NCBI GenBank assembly: GCA_045614025.1
Contig: JAZLCE010000013.1
Span: 40,272 to 104,271, forward strand
Reading direction: 5' to 3'
DNA from: Alphaproteobacteria bacterium
GTDB taxonomy: Bacteria; Pseudomonadota; Alphaproteobacteria; CAAHEQ01; UBA3637
DNA length: 64,000 bases
Part shown: positions 46,386 to 55,947 of the stretch, piece after piece
Numbering within the stretch: the stretch's first letter is position 1
Layout: each line of letters starts with the position of its first letter
Translations under genes and position numbers: made by a program
Notes under the pieces: model-generated
Seen by the model: the letters and a program-made list of their open reading frames with translations, nothing else
Database searches by the model: none
Told to the model about the DNA's origin: nothing

Positions 46386-46957
46386 AAAAAAGGCTTCTAT
46401 ATTGCTCTTTTTTTTGTTTATTTCTCACCGGATGTCAATTTATTGGAACAATTTATAATGCGGGTCACAAAGTTACTTCTTTAATTTTAGATGACCGATC
46501 TTTAAAAGATGATTACAATGACACTAAAATCAATATTGCTATCCGCAAAAATTTAGCTCAAAAAGATATCAAATATTTTTTAGATATTGAAATCACCGTT
46601 TTTGAAGGCTGTGTTTTATTAAATGGCGCTTTACCCCAAACAGCGCTTATTGATGAAGTAAATGAAATCGTTTGGAATACAACTGGCGTTAAAAAGGTTT
46701 ACAACTATATTCGATTGGATAATCCTGCTGATATTGGTATTGTTAATGAAGATGCAGCAATTTCCGCTAAAATTCGATATGAGCTGTCCATCACAAAAGG
46801 TATCTCTTCTGTTAATTATAAAATAACTATGGAAAATGGCACCATCTATTTAATGGGAATCAGTGAAAACGAAGAAGAACTTAAAAAGGTTTTAGCTGTT
46901 ATTAAAAACACGATTAGCGTTCAAAATATTATTGTTTTAACACGTTATATCAATTAA
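46382..46957 (+). CDS. dual-BON-domain lipoprotein (DolP/YraP-like)
   Basis: The ATG at 46382 overlaps the yraN stop (ATGA). Lipobox 'FLTGC|Q'. Two BON-like units are present ('..ITVFEGCVLLNGALP', '..ITMENGTIYLMGIS'). Confidence 0.8.
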   Translation: MKKRLLYCSFFCLFLTGCQFIGTIYNAGHKVTSLILDDRSLKDDYNDTKINIAIRKNLAQKDIKYFLDIEITVFEGCVLLNGALPQTALIDEVNEIVWNTTGVKKVYNYIRLDNPADIGIVNEDAAISAKIRYELSITKGISSVNYKITMENGTIYLMGISENEEELKKVLAVIKNTISVQNIIVLTRYIN

Positions 46958-48216
46958 GAAGCTGGTGGTAAAATTTCAATAACAGCCAATCTATTTTTAT
47001 TTTTAGAAACAATTGTAAATGAAAAACCATCAATCACAAATGTTTCCCCAACAGATGGAATTCTTTCAACTTCATAAAGAATATATCCAGCCAAAGTTGA
47101 AGCTTTATCATCAGATAATTCCCATTTAAAATGACGATTAATATCACGCAAAGTTGTTTGTCCATCTAAACGGAAACCACCTGCATCTGTTTTTACAACC
47201 TGTAAATTTGATTCTGTTGGCACATCATTTTCATCAGAAATATCACCAACAATTTCTTCTAAAATATCTTCCAGAGTAACCAACCCTTCAATCACCCCAT
47301 ATTCATCAACAACAAGTGCAAAATGCTCTCTTCTTCTTTTAAAAGCATGAAGCTGATCTAATAAAGAAGTAGTGTTTAACACAAACCATGGTTTTGTTAA
47401 ATAGTCAGCAACAGAAACTTTTACTTTTCCGCGATAATAAGCATTCATTAATTTGAGCAATGCCTTTGCATGCAAAACACCAATAATATTATCAGGCTCC
47501 CCTTTCCAAAGCGGAATACGACTATAAGGGGAACGACTTAAAAATTCAAAAATTTCTGTCAACGGCAATGCTGCATTCAATGAAACAACATGACTTCTGT
47601 GCACCATAATATCTTCCACTGTCACATCGCTTAAATCTAACACGCTTTTCAACATAACCTTTTCTTGGCTAATAATACCATCATCTTCAGATGGCATTAA
47701 AATAGTTCCACGAATTTCAGCCTTAACAGTTTCAGCATCAACTTGTTGTTCCCCCTTTGGTAAAAATTTAATCAATATCTGAGAAAAAACACCAAAAGCC
47801 TTTACAATTGGAGAAAAGCAAAAAACAAAAAACGTTAAAAGAGGAACGCTAAACATTGAAAATGCCAAAGGATTATTCAAAGCATATGTTTTTGGCATAA
47901 TTTCTGAAAACAAAAGAACAACAACGCTCACCCCAAATGTTGCAATTAAAACACCATATTCCTCACCAAAAAATTCAATCATTAGAGCTGTTGATAACGC
48001 CGTTAAAGCAATATTAACAATATTATTCCCAAATAATAATGTTCCCAAAAGCTTAGCTGAATCTTTTTTTAACAATAAAATATGTTGCGCTCTCCAATTT
48101 CCTTTTTTCCCTAATTCATAAAGTTGAGGCATGGAAACAGCCGTCATAGCCGTTTCTGTTCCCGAAAAATAAAATGAAAGCAACAACAAAAAGAAGATCA
48201 AAAAACAATCAATCAT
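46954..48216 (-). CDS. tlyC: DUF21-CBS-CorC_HlyC family membrane protein (TlyC-type hemolysin C / Mg-Co efflux family)
   Basis: 420 aa with four N-terminal TMs (DUF21), a CBS pair and a C-terminal 'GYILYEVERIPSVGE' transporter-associated domain. Confidence 0.85.
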   Translation of the reverse strand: MIDCFLIFFLLLLSFYFSGTETAMTAVSMPQLYELGKKGNWRAQHILLLKKDSAKLLGTLLFGNNIVNIALTALSTALMIEFFGEEYGVLIATFGVSVVVLLFSEIMPKTYALNNPLAFSMFSVPLLTFFVFCFSPIVKAFGVFSQILIKFLPKGEQQVDAETVKAEIRGTILMPSEDDGIISQEKVMLKSVLDLSDVTVEDIMVHRSHVVSLNAALPLTEIFEFLSRSPYSRIPLWKGEPDNIIGVLHAKALLKLMNAYYRGKVKVSVADYLTKPWFVLNTTSLLDQLHAFKRRREHFALVVDEYGVIEGLVTLEDILEEIVGDISDENDVPTESNLQVVKTDAGGFRLDGQTTLRDINRHFKWELSDDKASTLAGYILYEVERIPSVGETFVIDGFSFTIVSKNKNRLAVIEILPPAS

Positions 48217-48219
48217 TTT

Positions 48220-48837
48220 TTATTTTTTCCTTAATGGTTTGGGCAACCGCTTTTTTTTCTTATACTTTGGCAACGGTGCTTGATTTTTATCTTCAACATT
48301 TTCAATAATATTTCTTTTTTCAAGCTCTTTTAAAAGACGACTTACTGTTCGATATGGCGATTCTTTAAAAGATTCAACCATAATATCTGCCTCTGAATAA
48401 ACAGGATATCTTTCGTGAACCAATCGTTCAATTGTTTTATGGTTATCTGCGGCAGGAACCAATGGTCTATGTGTTCGACCTTGTGTTCTTCTTGAAATAA
48501 CATCGCTTGAAGCTTTGATCCAAATGGAAATAGCTTTTTCAGAAGCAAGCTTTCTTGTTTTTTCGGATAAAAAAGCACCACCACCAGAAGAAAGCACGCA
48601 AGGTTCCCCATTCAGCAATCTTTGCATTACGCGTTCTTCACCTAAACGAAATTCTTCCATTCCACATTTAGAAAATAATTCATTAATCAAAAAACCTGTT
48701 GATCTTTCAATTTCTTTATCACTATCATAAAATGGCAATTGTAACTTTTTAGATAAAATTCGACCTAAACTCGTTTTTCCAACCCCCATCATTCCAACAA
48801 GTAAAATAATTTTGGGTTCTAATAATTTTTGTTTCAT
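48220..48837 (-). CDS. aroK: shikimate kinase with Lys/Arg-rich C-terminal extension
   Basis: 205 aa with 'LVGMMGVGKTSLGRIL', 'DSDKEIE', 'EEFRLGEERV' and 'SSGGGAF'. The tail 'PLPKYKKKKRLPKPLRKK' is an addition. Confidence 0.85.
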   Translation of the reverse strand: MKQKLLEPKIILLVGMMGVGKTSLGRILSKKLQLPFYDSDKEIERSTGFLINELFSKCGMEEFRLGEERVMQRLLNGEPCVLSSGGGAFLSEKTRKLASEKAISIWIKASSDVISRRTQGRTHRPLVPAADNHKTIERLVHERYPVYSEADIMVESFKESPYRTVSRLLKELEKRNIIENVEDKNQAPLPKYKKKKRLPKPLRKK

Positions 48838-48927
48838 GTTCTTTTCTTGACAATTCTTAAATAAATATAGTATTACTGAATATCATAGCAAGATTTATTT
48901 AATCTGTCCAGTATAAAGGAGTATAAA

Positions 48928-49071
48928 ATGATTCATAAAGAAGAAAAAAAACATATTTTTCTTAAAATAACCATCCTTTTGGTCGTTGCTTTTTTCGTTG
49001 TTTTAGCATTTATTGAGCCTAAAGCAGAAATTACTCATATTGAAAAAGAAATCCAAACACCATTAAATTAA
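48928..49071 (+). CDS. small single-TM protein (47 aa), not in the ORF track
   Basis: AAAGGAG SD lies 6 nt upstream of the ATG. Translation is MIHKEEKKHIFLKITILLVVAFFVVLAFIEPKAEITHIEKEIQTPLN. Its stop overlaps the next ATG (TAATG), suggesting translational coupling. Confidence 0.4.
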   Translation: MIHKEEKKHIFLKITILLVVAFFVVLAFIEPKAEITHIEKEIQTPLN

Positions 49072-50585
49072 TGAAAAAAACTCTTCTTTTATTTTGTTGC
49101 TCACTTCTTTTTTATTATAATGCTTTAGCATCATTAATTGATTCGGGTGTTATAATAAGTGATATTGCACCTTTTTCACTTAATACACTTGGTTCTCATG
49201 ATAAGTTAAAAAAAGATTTGTGGCAAGAAAGCAATCCTGAAACATTATTTCAACTCGTCGATCAAATTGGAACAAAAAAACTTTCTCCTGCTTCAAGAAA
49301 AGCCCTCATTCTTTTATTAACACAAGATACAACTGGGCATGAACTTAAAAATCAAAAAGAAGATATTTTTTTAACAAAAAGACTTGAAGCATTAACCCGC
49401 CTTGGTGCTTTTGATGAAGTATTAAAATTGATTAACCTGATTCCTTCACAAAAGATAAATCAAGAGATATATCTTTTAAAAACAAATATTCTTATCGCTC
49501 AGGGAAAATTTGAAGAAGCAGAAAAAGAATTTGAAAATTTATCGCCTTCATTTAAAACTGATGAGACAAGAATTAATCTTTTCTTAGAAAAAGAAGAAAA
49601 AAACAAAGCTATTTTGGCTTATGAAATATATAGGGAAAATCAAGAAACTTCAAACCCGCTTTTTTCTGCTTTAGCCGAAAATATTCTTCTTGAATTAGAA
49701 ACAAAAATTCCAAATGATTTACCATTAAATATTGAACATATTTATTTATTTTCAAGATTAAAAGAAAACTCTTTTTCATTAAAAAATCAATTTGAGGGCA
49801 TCCAAAAAATCTTTGTCAATTTACCTGTATCAGATATCAGCGAGCGCATTTATTATGCTGAAAAAATATCTTTGAATGCTCAAGAACTTGAAAGTATTTA
49901 TAAATTACCTCTTTTTGATCTAAAAACTGATCCCAACCATTTAAAACGCGCTGAAATTTATCAAAAAATCAAAACTGAAACTGATATTTTTGCAAAGGCA
50001 CAATGGATTAAAACCTTCGCAAAAATTGCATTTCAAGATAAATTAGGTCTTTATATAGCGCCACTTATTGAACAAGAATTAAACGCTATTTTACCTCAAC
50101 AAGAATTAAAAGATCTTGCTTTTTATGCTGCTCAAATTTATATCCTTCAAAACAATTTAGAAAAAGCCTATGAGTGGTATCAAATTTTAAAAAATGAAAA
50201 AGAAGACTCCTATCAAAAAGAAAGATTGTTGCTAATTCCAGGTCTTCAAAAAATAGGAGCTGGAATTCCTCAAGAGACTGAGTCTCTCTTAAATTATTTT
50301 TGCACTAATTTAAAAGAAGAAAACTGTTTGCAATTTTGGAAAAACGCTTCTCAAGAATTTTATGAAACATTAAACACTCAAAAACCAAACCGCCCTCCTC
50401 TCATGATTTTTGAATACCTAAATCATGAGCATCAACTTAAAACTGGTGAAAACTTAATTAGGGCTATTTTTGATTTAAATGATGAAAATATTTCTGACAA
50501 ACACTCTTTAATATTTTTCATCAAACAAAATTATCCTCAAGATGTTTCTTTGCCACTTGAACTTGAAGGAACACTTTATCAATGA
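49071..50585 (+). CDS. hypothetical secreted all-helical (TPR-like?) protein
   Basis: 504 aa with signal peptide 'MKKTLLLFCCSLLFYYNALAS' and helical-repeat character ('LKTNILIAQGKFEEAEKEFENL', 'IYILQNNLEKAYEWYQIL'). Its stop overlaps the xerD start. No family recognised. Confidence 0.6.
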   Translation: MKKTLLLFCCSLLFYYNALASLIDSGVIISDIAPFSLNTLGSHDKLKKDLWQESNPETLFQLVDQIGTKKLSPASRKALILLLTQDTTGHELKNQKEDIFLTKRLEALTRLGAFDEVLKLINLIPSQKINQEIYLLKTNILIAQGKFEEAEKEFENLSPSFKTDETRINLFLEKEEKNKAILAYEIYRENQETSNPLFSALAENILLELETKIPNDLPLNIEHIYLFSRLKENSFSLKNQFEGIQKIFVNLPVSDISERIYYAEKISLNAQELESIYKLPLFDLKTDPNHLKRAEIYQKIKTETDIFAKAQWIKTFAKIAFQDKLGLYIAPLIEQELNAILPQQELKDLAFYAAQIYILQNNLEKAYEWYQILKNEKEDSYQKERLLLIPGLQKIGAGIPQETESLLNYFCTNLKEENCLQFWKNASQEFYETLNTQKPNRPPLMIFEYLNHEHQLKTGENLIRAIFDLNDENISDKHSLIFFIKQNYPQDVSLPLELEGTLYQ

Positions 50586-51487
50586 GCCTAAAATTAATTG
50601 ATTCTTTTTTGGAAATGATATTAGCCGAACGTGGTGCTGCACTAAACACGATTACGGCTTATCGACATGATTTAAAAGAACTATATAATTTTTTGTTTTC
50701 AAAAAAAGTTAAACTTCAAAATGCAAAAAAAGAAGATTTGCAAGATTATATCGAATTTTTGCTTTCCACCCGTTTAAGCGCAAAAACACAAGCTAGACGC
50801 TTATGCGCTATGCGTGAATTTTATCGTTTTTTATATTCAGAAGATATTATTAAAAAAAATCCCTCTGATTATATTCAATCACCAAAAATAAAAAAATCTC
50901 TTCCTAAATACCTCACTGAAGAAGAAGTTGATTTATTAATTAGTGGCGCCAAAGAAAAAAATACCAGAATATATCTGCTTCTTGAAATGTTATATGCATC
51001 AGGAATGCGCGTGAGCGAGCTTGTCAGCCTTCCACTTACTGTTATTACACATGATTTATCCACATTAACGATTATTGGCAAAGGCAACAAAGAACGCATT
51101 GTTCCTTTAAATGACAATACCCGTATTGCTTTAGAACAATGGTTAGTTGAAAGAGAAGCATTACTTCCTAAAAACAGACCATCAAAATGGTTGTTTCCTT
51201 CATCTTCTAAAACCGGACACTTAACCCGTGATGGCTTTTTTAAAGCATTAAAAAAAATTGCCATGGAAAAAGGCTTATCACCTCATCGCGTTTCACCTCA
51301 TGTTTTCAGACATTCTTTTGCCAGCCATCTTATTCAACATGATGCTGATTTACGTTCTGTTCAAAAAATGTTAGGCCATGCAGATATCACAACAACAGAA
51401 ATTTATACGCATATTTTGCAAGATAGATTAAAAAAGACTGTTGAAAATTCTCATCCTTTAGCGTATAGTAAGCAAGAAGGATTTTAA
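50582..51487 (+). CDS. xerD: site-specific tyrosine recombinase XerD
   Basis: 301 aa with 'FLEMILAERGAALNTITAYRHDL', 'GMRVSELVSL', 'HVFRHSFASHL' and 'LGHADITTTEIYTH'. Confidence 0.95.
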   Translation: MSLKLIDSFLEMILAERGAALNTITAYRHDLKELYNFLFSKKVKLQNAKKEDLQDYIEFLLSTRLSAKTQARRLCAMREFYRFLYSEDIIKKNPSDYIQSPKIKKSLPKYLTEEEVDLLISGAKEKNTRIYLLLEMLYASGMRVSELVSLPLTVITHDLSTLTIIGKGNKERIVPLNDNTRIALEQWLVEREALLPKNRPSKWLFPSSSKTGHLTRDGFFKALKKIAMEKGLSPHRVSPHVFRHSFASHLIQHDADLRSVQKMLGHADITTTEIYTHILQDRLKKTVENSHPLAYSKQEGF

Positions 51488-52591
51488 ATGAAGATTTTAA
51501 CATCATATATTTTAAAACAGCTGGTCATCAGCTTTTTGTTGATTTTATTAGGAATGACAACGCTTGTGTGGCTTACACAATCGTTGCGCATGATTGATAT
51601 GATTGTTACAAAAGGTATTCCTGTCAGCATGTTTTTAGAAATGACGTTATTGGTCTTACCTAACTTTATTCAAATTTTATCACCTATTGCCTTGTTTGCT
51701 GTGATTTTATTTATTTTTTCTCGTATGCAAGCTGATAAAGAAGTTATGGTTATGCAAGCCATAGGTATGTCTAATAAAAGCATTATGAAGCCCGCATTTA
51801 TTTTGGCTATTGGACTTACTATTATTGGTTATTTATTAACGCTTAGCATCATTCCTGCTTCACACAGAGAACTTGGTGAACTTAAATGGCGTGTAAGAAA
51901 TGATTTGTCTCATTTATTGCTTCAAGAAGGGCAATTTAATACTTTAAATAATCGTTTGACGCTTTATGTAAAAGAAAGAGCTGAAGATGGTTCTGTTAAA
52001 GGTGTTTTGGCCTATGATGCTAAAAACCCAAAAAATATTTCTGTTTTAATTGCCGAAAAAGGCTTTATTTTCCAAAATGATGAAGGATTTGATCTTGTAT
52101 TTCAAAATGGCAGCAGACAAGAATACAATCCCGAAACAAAAAAGTTTTCAATTTTGAACTTTGATAAATACAAAATGTTTTTCAGTGATAAGAAAAATGC
52201 TGATAACTCAAGAAAATTAGATGAATCAGATTATTCGCTTTCTTATTTGCTTTCGGCAACAAAAGAAGATGTAGCAGATGAAATTCAATATCGAAAATAT
52301 AAAACAGAAATTTTAAAACGATTAACAAAACCTATTTATAATATCTCATTTATGTTTTTAGCAATGTTTGCTATTTTATCTCCATTTTATAATCGTCGGG
52401 GACAAATGGGTCGTATGAACATCATTATTTTAACAACAATTTTAGTGCAATCTCTTGCTTTAGCTTTTGAAAATTTAACTGCTAAAAATCTTTGGTTTGC
52501 TCCTCTTATGTTTTTAAACCTTTTTGTTCCAGTTTTGATTGTTTATTATCTTGCAATGAAACCAATTCAAAAACCTCAAATTAAAAACGCC
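51488..52591 (+). other. lptG: LptF/LptG-like permease portion of the fused ORF
   Basis: 'MKILTSYILKQLVISFLLILLG' N-terminus, a periplasmic beta-jellyroll segment between TM3 and TM4, and six hydrophobic helices by eye. The position directly upstream of lptD suggests LptG. Confidence 0.75.
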
Positions 52592-54760
52592 ATGAAAAAT
52601 TCATTTAAATTACTCTTAATTGCCTCTCTTTGCGTCTTTTCAACAACAGCTAACTCTCAAATCAAATTGGATCCTCAAGTTAAATTTGAAAAAGAAAAAC
52701 CCGTTGATTTTGAAGCTGATGAAATTTTTTATAATCATCAAGAAGGAACTGTTACTGCTCAAGGAAATGTTGTTATTGAACAAAACAACACTATTATCCA
52801 AACAGATAAATTTATTTACGATAAAAAAAATGGGCAAATTATTATCCCTCAATCCTCTAAAACAACAACCCCTGATGGAACTGTTACATATACAGCAGAT
52901 ACTATTTTGACTCCAGCTCTTAAAATGGCAGTTAGCAATGCTGTTGAAATGGATTTATATGAAGGATCATATATGTCTGCTGTTAGATATAAAAGAAAAG
53001 AAAATGGCGATATCACTTATTTAAAAAAAGCCACATATACACCTTGCACCTTTTGTAAGGGAGATTCTCCTCTTTGGAAATTAACAGCCAGAACAATTAA
53101 ACATAATAAACCAAATAAAGAAATGTCTTTTACTCATTCTTTTTTAAAGGTTAAAGATATTCCTGTTTTTTATTTTCCATATTTAAACATACCTGACTTT
53201 ACTGTTAAAAGAAAAACTGGTTTTTTAGCGCCTAGTTTTGCTCACAGCAATGAAATGAAACAAGGGATTAATATTCCATTTTTTGTTGATATTGCAGACA
53301 ATCAAAACTTAACGCTTATTCCAACACTTTCAACAAGTCATGACCCTCTTGGCTTTATGGATTATGAAGGAACATTTACCAATGGATACTTAAAATTACA
53401 AGCCAGCGGAACAAGGGATAATGATAATAAAAATCAAGGGCACATTAAAGCTCATATGCGTGCTGACATCTCAGACAAATGGCGTTTAAGCGGACAATAT
53501 TACCGCGTTTCTTCAGACACATATTTCAGACGATACTCATTGCCAGATGTTGACACATCTGATCAATACCTTGAATCAAATATTTCAGCTGAAAGATTTG
53601 GCGAAAGAAATTATTTCCATTTCAAAGGGCTTTCTTTTCAAAACCAACATGGTAGAGTTAATCAAAAATCCATCCCTGTTTTCATTCCAACAATGAATTA
53701 TGTGTATAACACAGAAGCATTGAATAACAGTGGTCTTTATGCGTTTTCAAAAATTAATGGTGTTGCTTATAATAACCGCCAAAGATTCAAATCAAACAGG
53801 GCTTCAGTCACTCAAGGCTTACACTTACCCTATATTTCAAATTCAGGCATTAATATTGACACGAAAGCAAGTGTTCGTGTCGATGGTTATAGCATTGATA
53901 CAGGCAAATATTCTTTTAATGGGCTAAAAACGGATGATAGTTATTCAACTGGTAGATTTTACCCTGTATTTTCAAGCAAAATTAGTTATCCATTTGCAAA
54001 AGCCAGCGAAAATTACACGCAAGTTATTTCTCCAATTTTAATGCTTGTTTCATCACCAGTTAGTGGCAATAAAGATAAAATTCCAAATGTCGATAGTCTT
54101 GACATTGATTTTGATGATACCAACTTATTCTCTGAAAATAGATTTATTGGATATGATCGCGTTGAAACAGGCACAAGAGCAAATTATGGTATTGAATATT
54201 CAGTTTATGGCAATAAAAATATGTCATCCTCATTTTTATTCGGTCAATCATATCGCTTCTCTGGGGATGAAGTAATGGAAAAAGCTTTAGGATATGAATC
54301 AAATTACTCTGACTATGTTGGTAGACTTCAAACAAATTTTGATATCTTCTCATTAGCTTATCGTTTCCGCTTAAATAAAGATGATTTTAAACCCGTTAAA
54401 AACGAAATTACTTTTACTGTTGGAAAAGCACCTTTACGCGTTGGTGTTGATTATATTAAAATTAAAGATGACACGAAATCAGATGAATTTTCTTATTATA
54501 AAAACCGCGAAGAAATATTATTCTTTGGATCTTCGCAATTAACAAAAAACTGGTCTTTATCTGGCTATTATAGATACAATTTAGAAAAAAAATCTTCTCA
54601 ACGGGGCCCAGTTGAATCTGGTTTAATTGCTCAATATGAAAATGATTGCGCAATCATTGCATTTGAATTAGATAAGTCCTTCACCTATGATAGAGATTAT
54701 GAAGGAGACACATCATTTATGGTAAAATTTATTCTTAAAACCTTAGGGGGAATGGAATGA
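51488..54760 (+). CDS. single uninterrupted ORF: LptF/LptG-family permease fused in frame to LPS-assembly protein LptD
   Basis: 1090 codons with no stop. Residues 1-368 form a YjgP/YjgQ (LptF/G) permease. Residue 369 onward starts with a signal-peptide-like 'MKNSFKLLLIASLCVFSTTANS|Q', followed by an OstA-type N-domain ('ADEIFYNHQEGTVTAQGNVVIEQNNTIIQTDKFIY') and a large beta-barrel. surA follows with an ATGA overlap. Confidence 0.85.
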   Translation: MKILTSYILKQLVISFLLILLGMTTLVWLTQSLRMIDMIVTKGIPVSMFLEMTLLVLPNFIQILSPIALFAVILFIFSRMQADKEVMVMQAIGMSNKSIMKPAFILAIGLTIIGYLLTLSIIPASHRELGELKWRVRNDLSHLLLQEGQFNTLNNRLTLYVKERAEDGSVKGVLAYDAKNPKNISVLIAEKGFIFQNDEGFDLVFQNGSRQEYNPETKKFSILNFDKYKMFFSDKKNADNSRKLDESDYSLSYLLSATKEDVADEIQYRKYKTEILKRLTKPIYNISFMFLAMFAILSPFYNRRGQMGRMNIIILTTILVQSLALAFENLTAKNLWFAPLMFLNLFVPVLIVYYLAMKPIQKPQIKNAMKNSFKLLLIASLCVFSTTANSQIKLDPQVKFEKEKPVDFEADEIFYNHQEGTVTAQGNVVIEQNNTIIQTDKFIYDKKNGQIIIPQSSKTTTPDGTVTYTADTILTPALKMAVSNAVEMDLYEGSYMSAVRYKRKENGDITYLKKATYTPCTFCKGDSPLWKLTARTIKHNKPNKEMSFTHSFLKVKDIPVFYFPYLNIPDFTVKRKTGFLAPSFAHSNEMKQGINIPFFVDIADNQNLTLIPTLSTSHDPLGFMDYEGTFTNGYLKLQASGTRDNDNKNQGHIKAHMRADISDKWRLSGQYYRVSSDTYFRRYSLPDVDTSDQYLESNISAERFGERNYFHFKGLSFQNQHGRVNQKSIPVFIPTMNYVYNTEALNNSGLYAFSKINGVAYNNRQRFKSNRASVTQGLHLPYISNSGINIDTKASVRVDGYSIDTGKYSFNGLKTDDSYSTGRFYPVFSSKISYPFAKASENYTQVISPILMLVSSPVSGNKDKIPNVDSLDIDFDDTNLFSENRFIGYDRVETGTRANYGIEYSVYGNKNMSSSFLFGQSYRFSGDEVMEKALGYESNYSDYVGRLQTNFDIFSLAYRFRLNKDDFKPVKNEITFTVGKAPLRVGVDYIKIKDDTKSDEFSYYKNREEILFFGSSQLTKNWSLSGYYRYNLEKKSSQRGPVESGLIAQYENDCAIIAFELDKSFTYDRDYEGDTSFMVKFILKTLGGME
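52592..54760 (+). other. lptD: LptD portion (would be 722 aa if initiated at the internal ATG at 52592)
   Basis: The in-frame ATG at 52592 is followed by a signal-like segment and then LptD/OstA homology. No obvious SD precedes this ATG. Confidence 0.8.
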
Positions 54761-55932
54761 GATCACTTCTTTTTATTGCTTTAATTTTATTAAGTTTATC
54801 TGCAAATGCAGGGCAAATTATTGCCACTGTTAATGATCAGCCAATTTCTTCATTTGATGCAGAGGCTCGCGCTAAACTTATTTCTATTCAAAATTCAAGT
54901 CCCATTACCACTGCAAAAAAGAAAGAATATGTAAAAGCAGCATTAGATGCATTAATCAATGACCACATAAAAATTTCTGAAGCAGAAAAAAAAGGATTTA
55001 GTGTTTCGGAAAAAGAAATTGAAGAAGCAATTTTTCATTTAGAATCACAAAATGGAATGAAAAAAGGAAGCATGGAAAGCATGTTGAAAAAAAATCAAAT
55101 TCCATTACATATTTTAAAAAATCAAATCAAAGCTGACCTCATGTGGCTTCAAGTTATTCAACAAAATAAAAAATCTTTATTACCCCCTTCTGAAAAAGAA
55201 ATTTCTGCTTTAAAAAATAATATTCGAAACGAATTAAAAGCTGAAGGGTTTTATGTGGCAGAAATGCTGATTAAAGATCAAAAAGAAGCTGAAAATTGCT
55301 ATAAAGAACTCCATCAAGGGAAACCATTTCCTGAGCTTGCCAAGAAATATTCCATAGCTCCATCTGCTTCAAAAGGCGGCGAGCTTGGTTGGATTGATGG
55401 GAAACACTATCAAAAAGAAATTACTGATGCTTTAAGGGTTATGTCAAGTGGTGAACTTTCAACACCATTAAAAACTAAAAACGGCTATCTTATTTTACTT
55501 GTTTTAGATAGAAAATATCCTATTCATACAGATACCGTTCCCATTTGGGAAGTTTCTCAAATGGCTTTAAATGCAAACCATACAGCTGCTTTTGGGGATA
55601 AAATTAATAAATTAAACTCATGCGATTCTTTCAAAGATTTTGCAAAAGAACATGCTATTAAAGAATCCGTTAAATCAGGCATGATTTCTCCAGAACAATT
55701 ACCACGCGAATTAAAAGATCTTTTAAAAGATGCGCCAACCAAAAAAGTTATTGGTCCAATCCAAACACCCGATTCGGATTTATTTTTCATGAAATGTAAA
55801 ATAACCAATAAAAAGGTTATACCTAGTGATGAAGAGTTAAGAATGCGTCTTGAAGCAGAAAAAATGGAACAGCTCTCTGAACGTTTGCTTAAAAATGCCA
55901 AAAGATTTAGTGTTGTTGAAATGAAAATTTAA
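54757..55932 (+). CDS. surA: periplasmic chaperone / PPIase SurA
   Basis: 391 aa with a signal peptide, an N-terminal SurA chaperone region and one parvulin domain ('GGELGWIDGK....NGYLILLVLDRK'). Lies in the lptD-surA order. Confidence 0.85.
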   Translation: MRSLLFIALILLSLSANAGQIIATVNDQPISSFDAEARAKLISIQNSSPITTAKKKEYVKAALDALINDHIKISEAEKKGFSVSEKEIEEAIFHLESQNGMKKGSMESMLKKNQIPLHILKNQIKADLMWLQVIQQNKKSLLPPSEKEISALKNNIRNELKAEGFYVAEMLIKDQKEAENCYKELHQGKPFPELAKKYSIAPSASKGGELGWIDGKHYQKEITDALRVMSSGELSTPLKTKNGYLILLVLDRKYPIHTDTVPIWEVSQMALNANHTAAFGDKINKLNSCDSFKDFAKEHAIKESVKSGMISPEQLPRELKDLLKDAPTKKVIGPIQTPDSDLFFMKCKITNKKVIPSDEELRMRLEAEKMEQLSERLLKNAKRFSVVEMKI

Positions 55933-55947
55933 AAAAGGGAGAACAAA

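Noticed and set aside
51056-51064. Exact DnaA-box consensus TTATCCACA here, again at 61520-61528, and a near-match at 45641-45649
   Set aside because: These are isolated single boxes inside coding sequences (xerD, P6, rsmI). There is no cluster, AT-rich unwinding element or intergenic context, so they are most likely chance occurrences.
50582-51487. Tyrosine recombinase as a possible phage or island integrase
   Set aside because: It has the full XerD-type motif set and length. It sits among housekeeping genes with overlapping start and stop codons, and no att-like repeats, tRNA target or phage genes are nearby.
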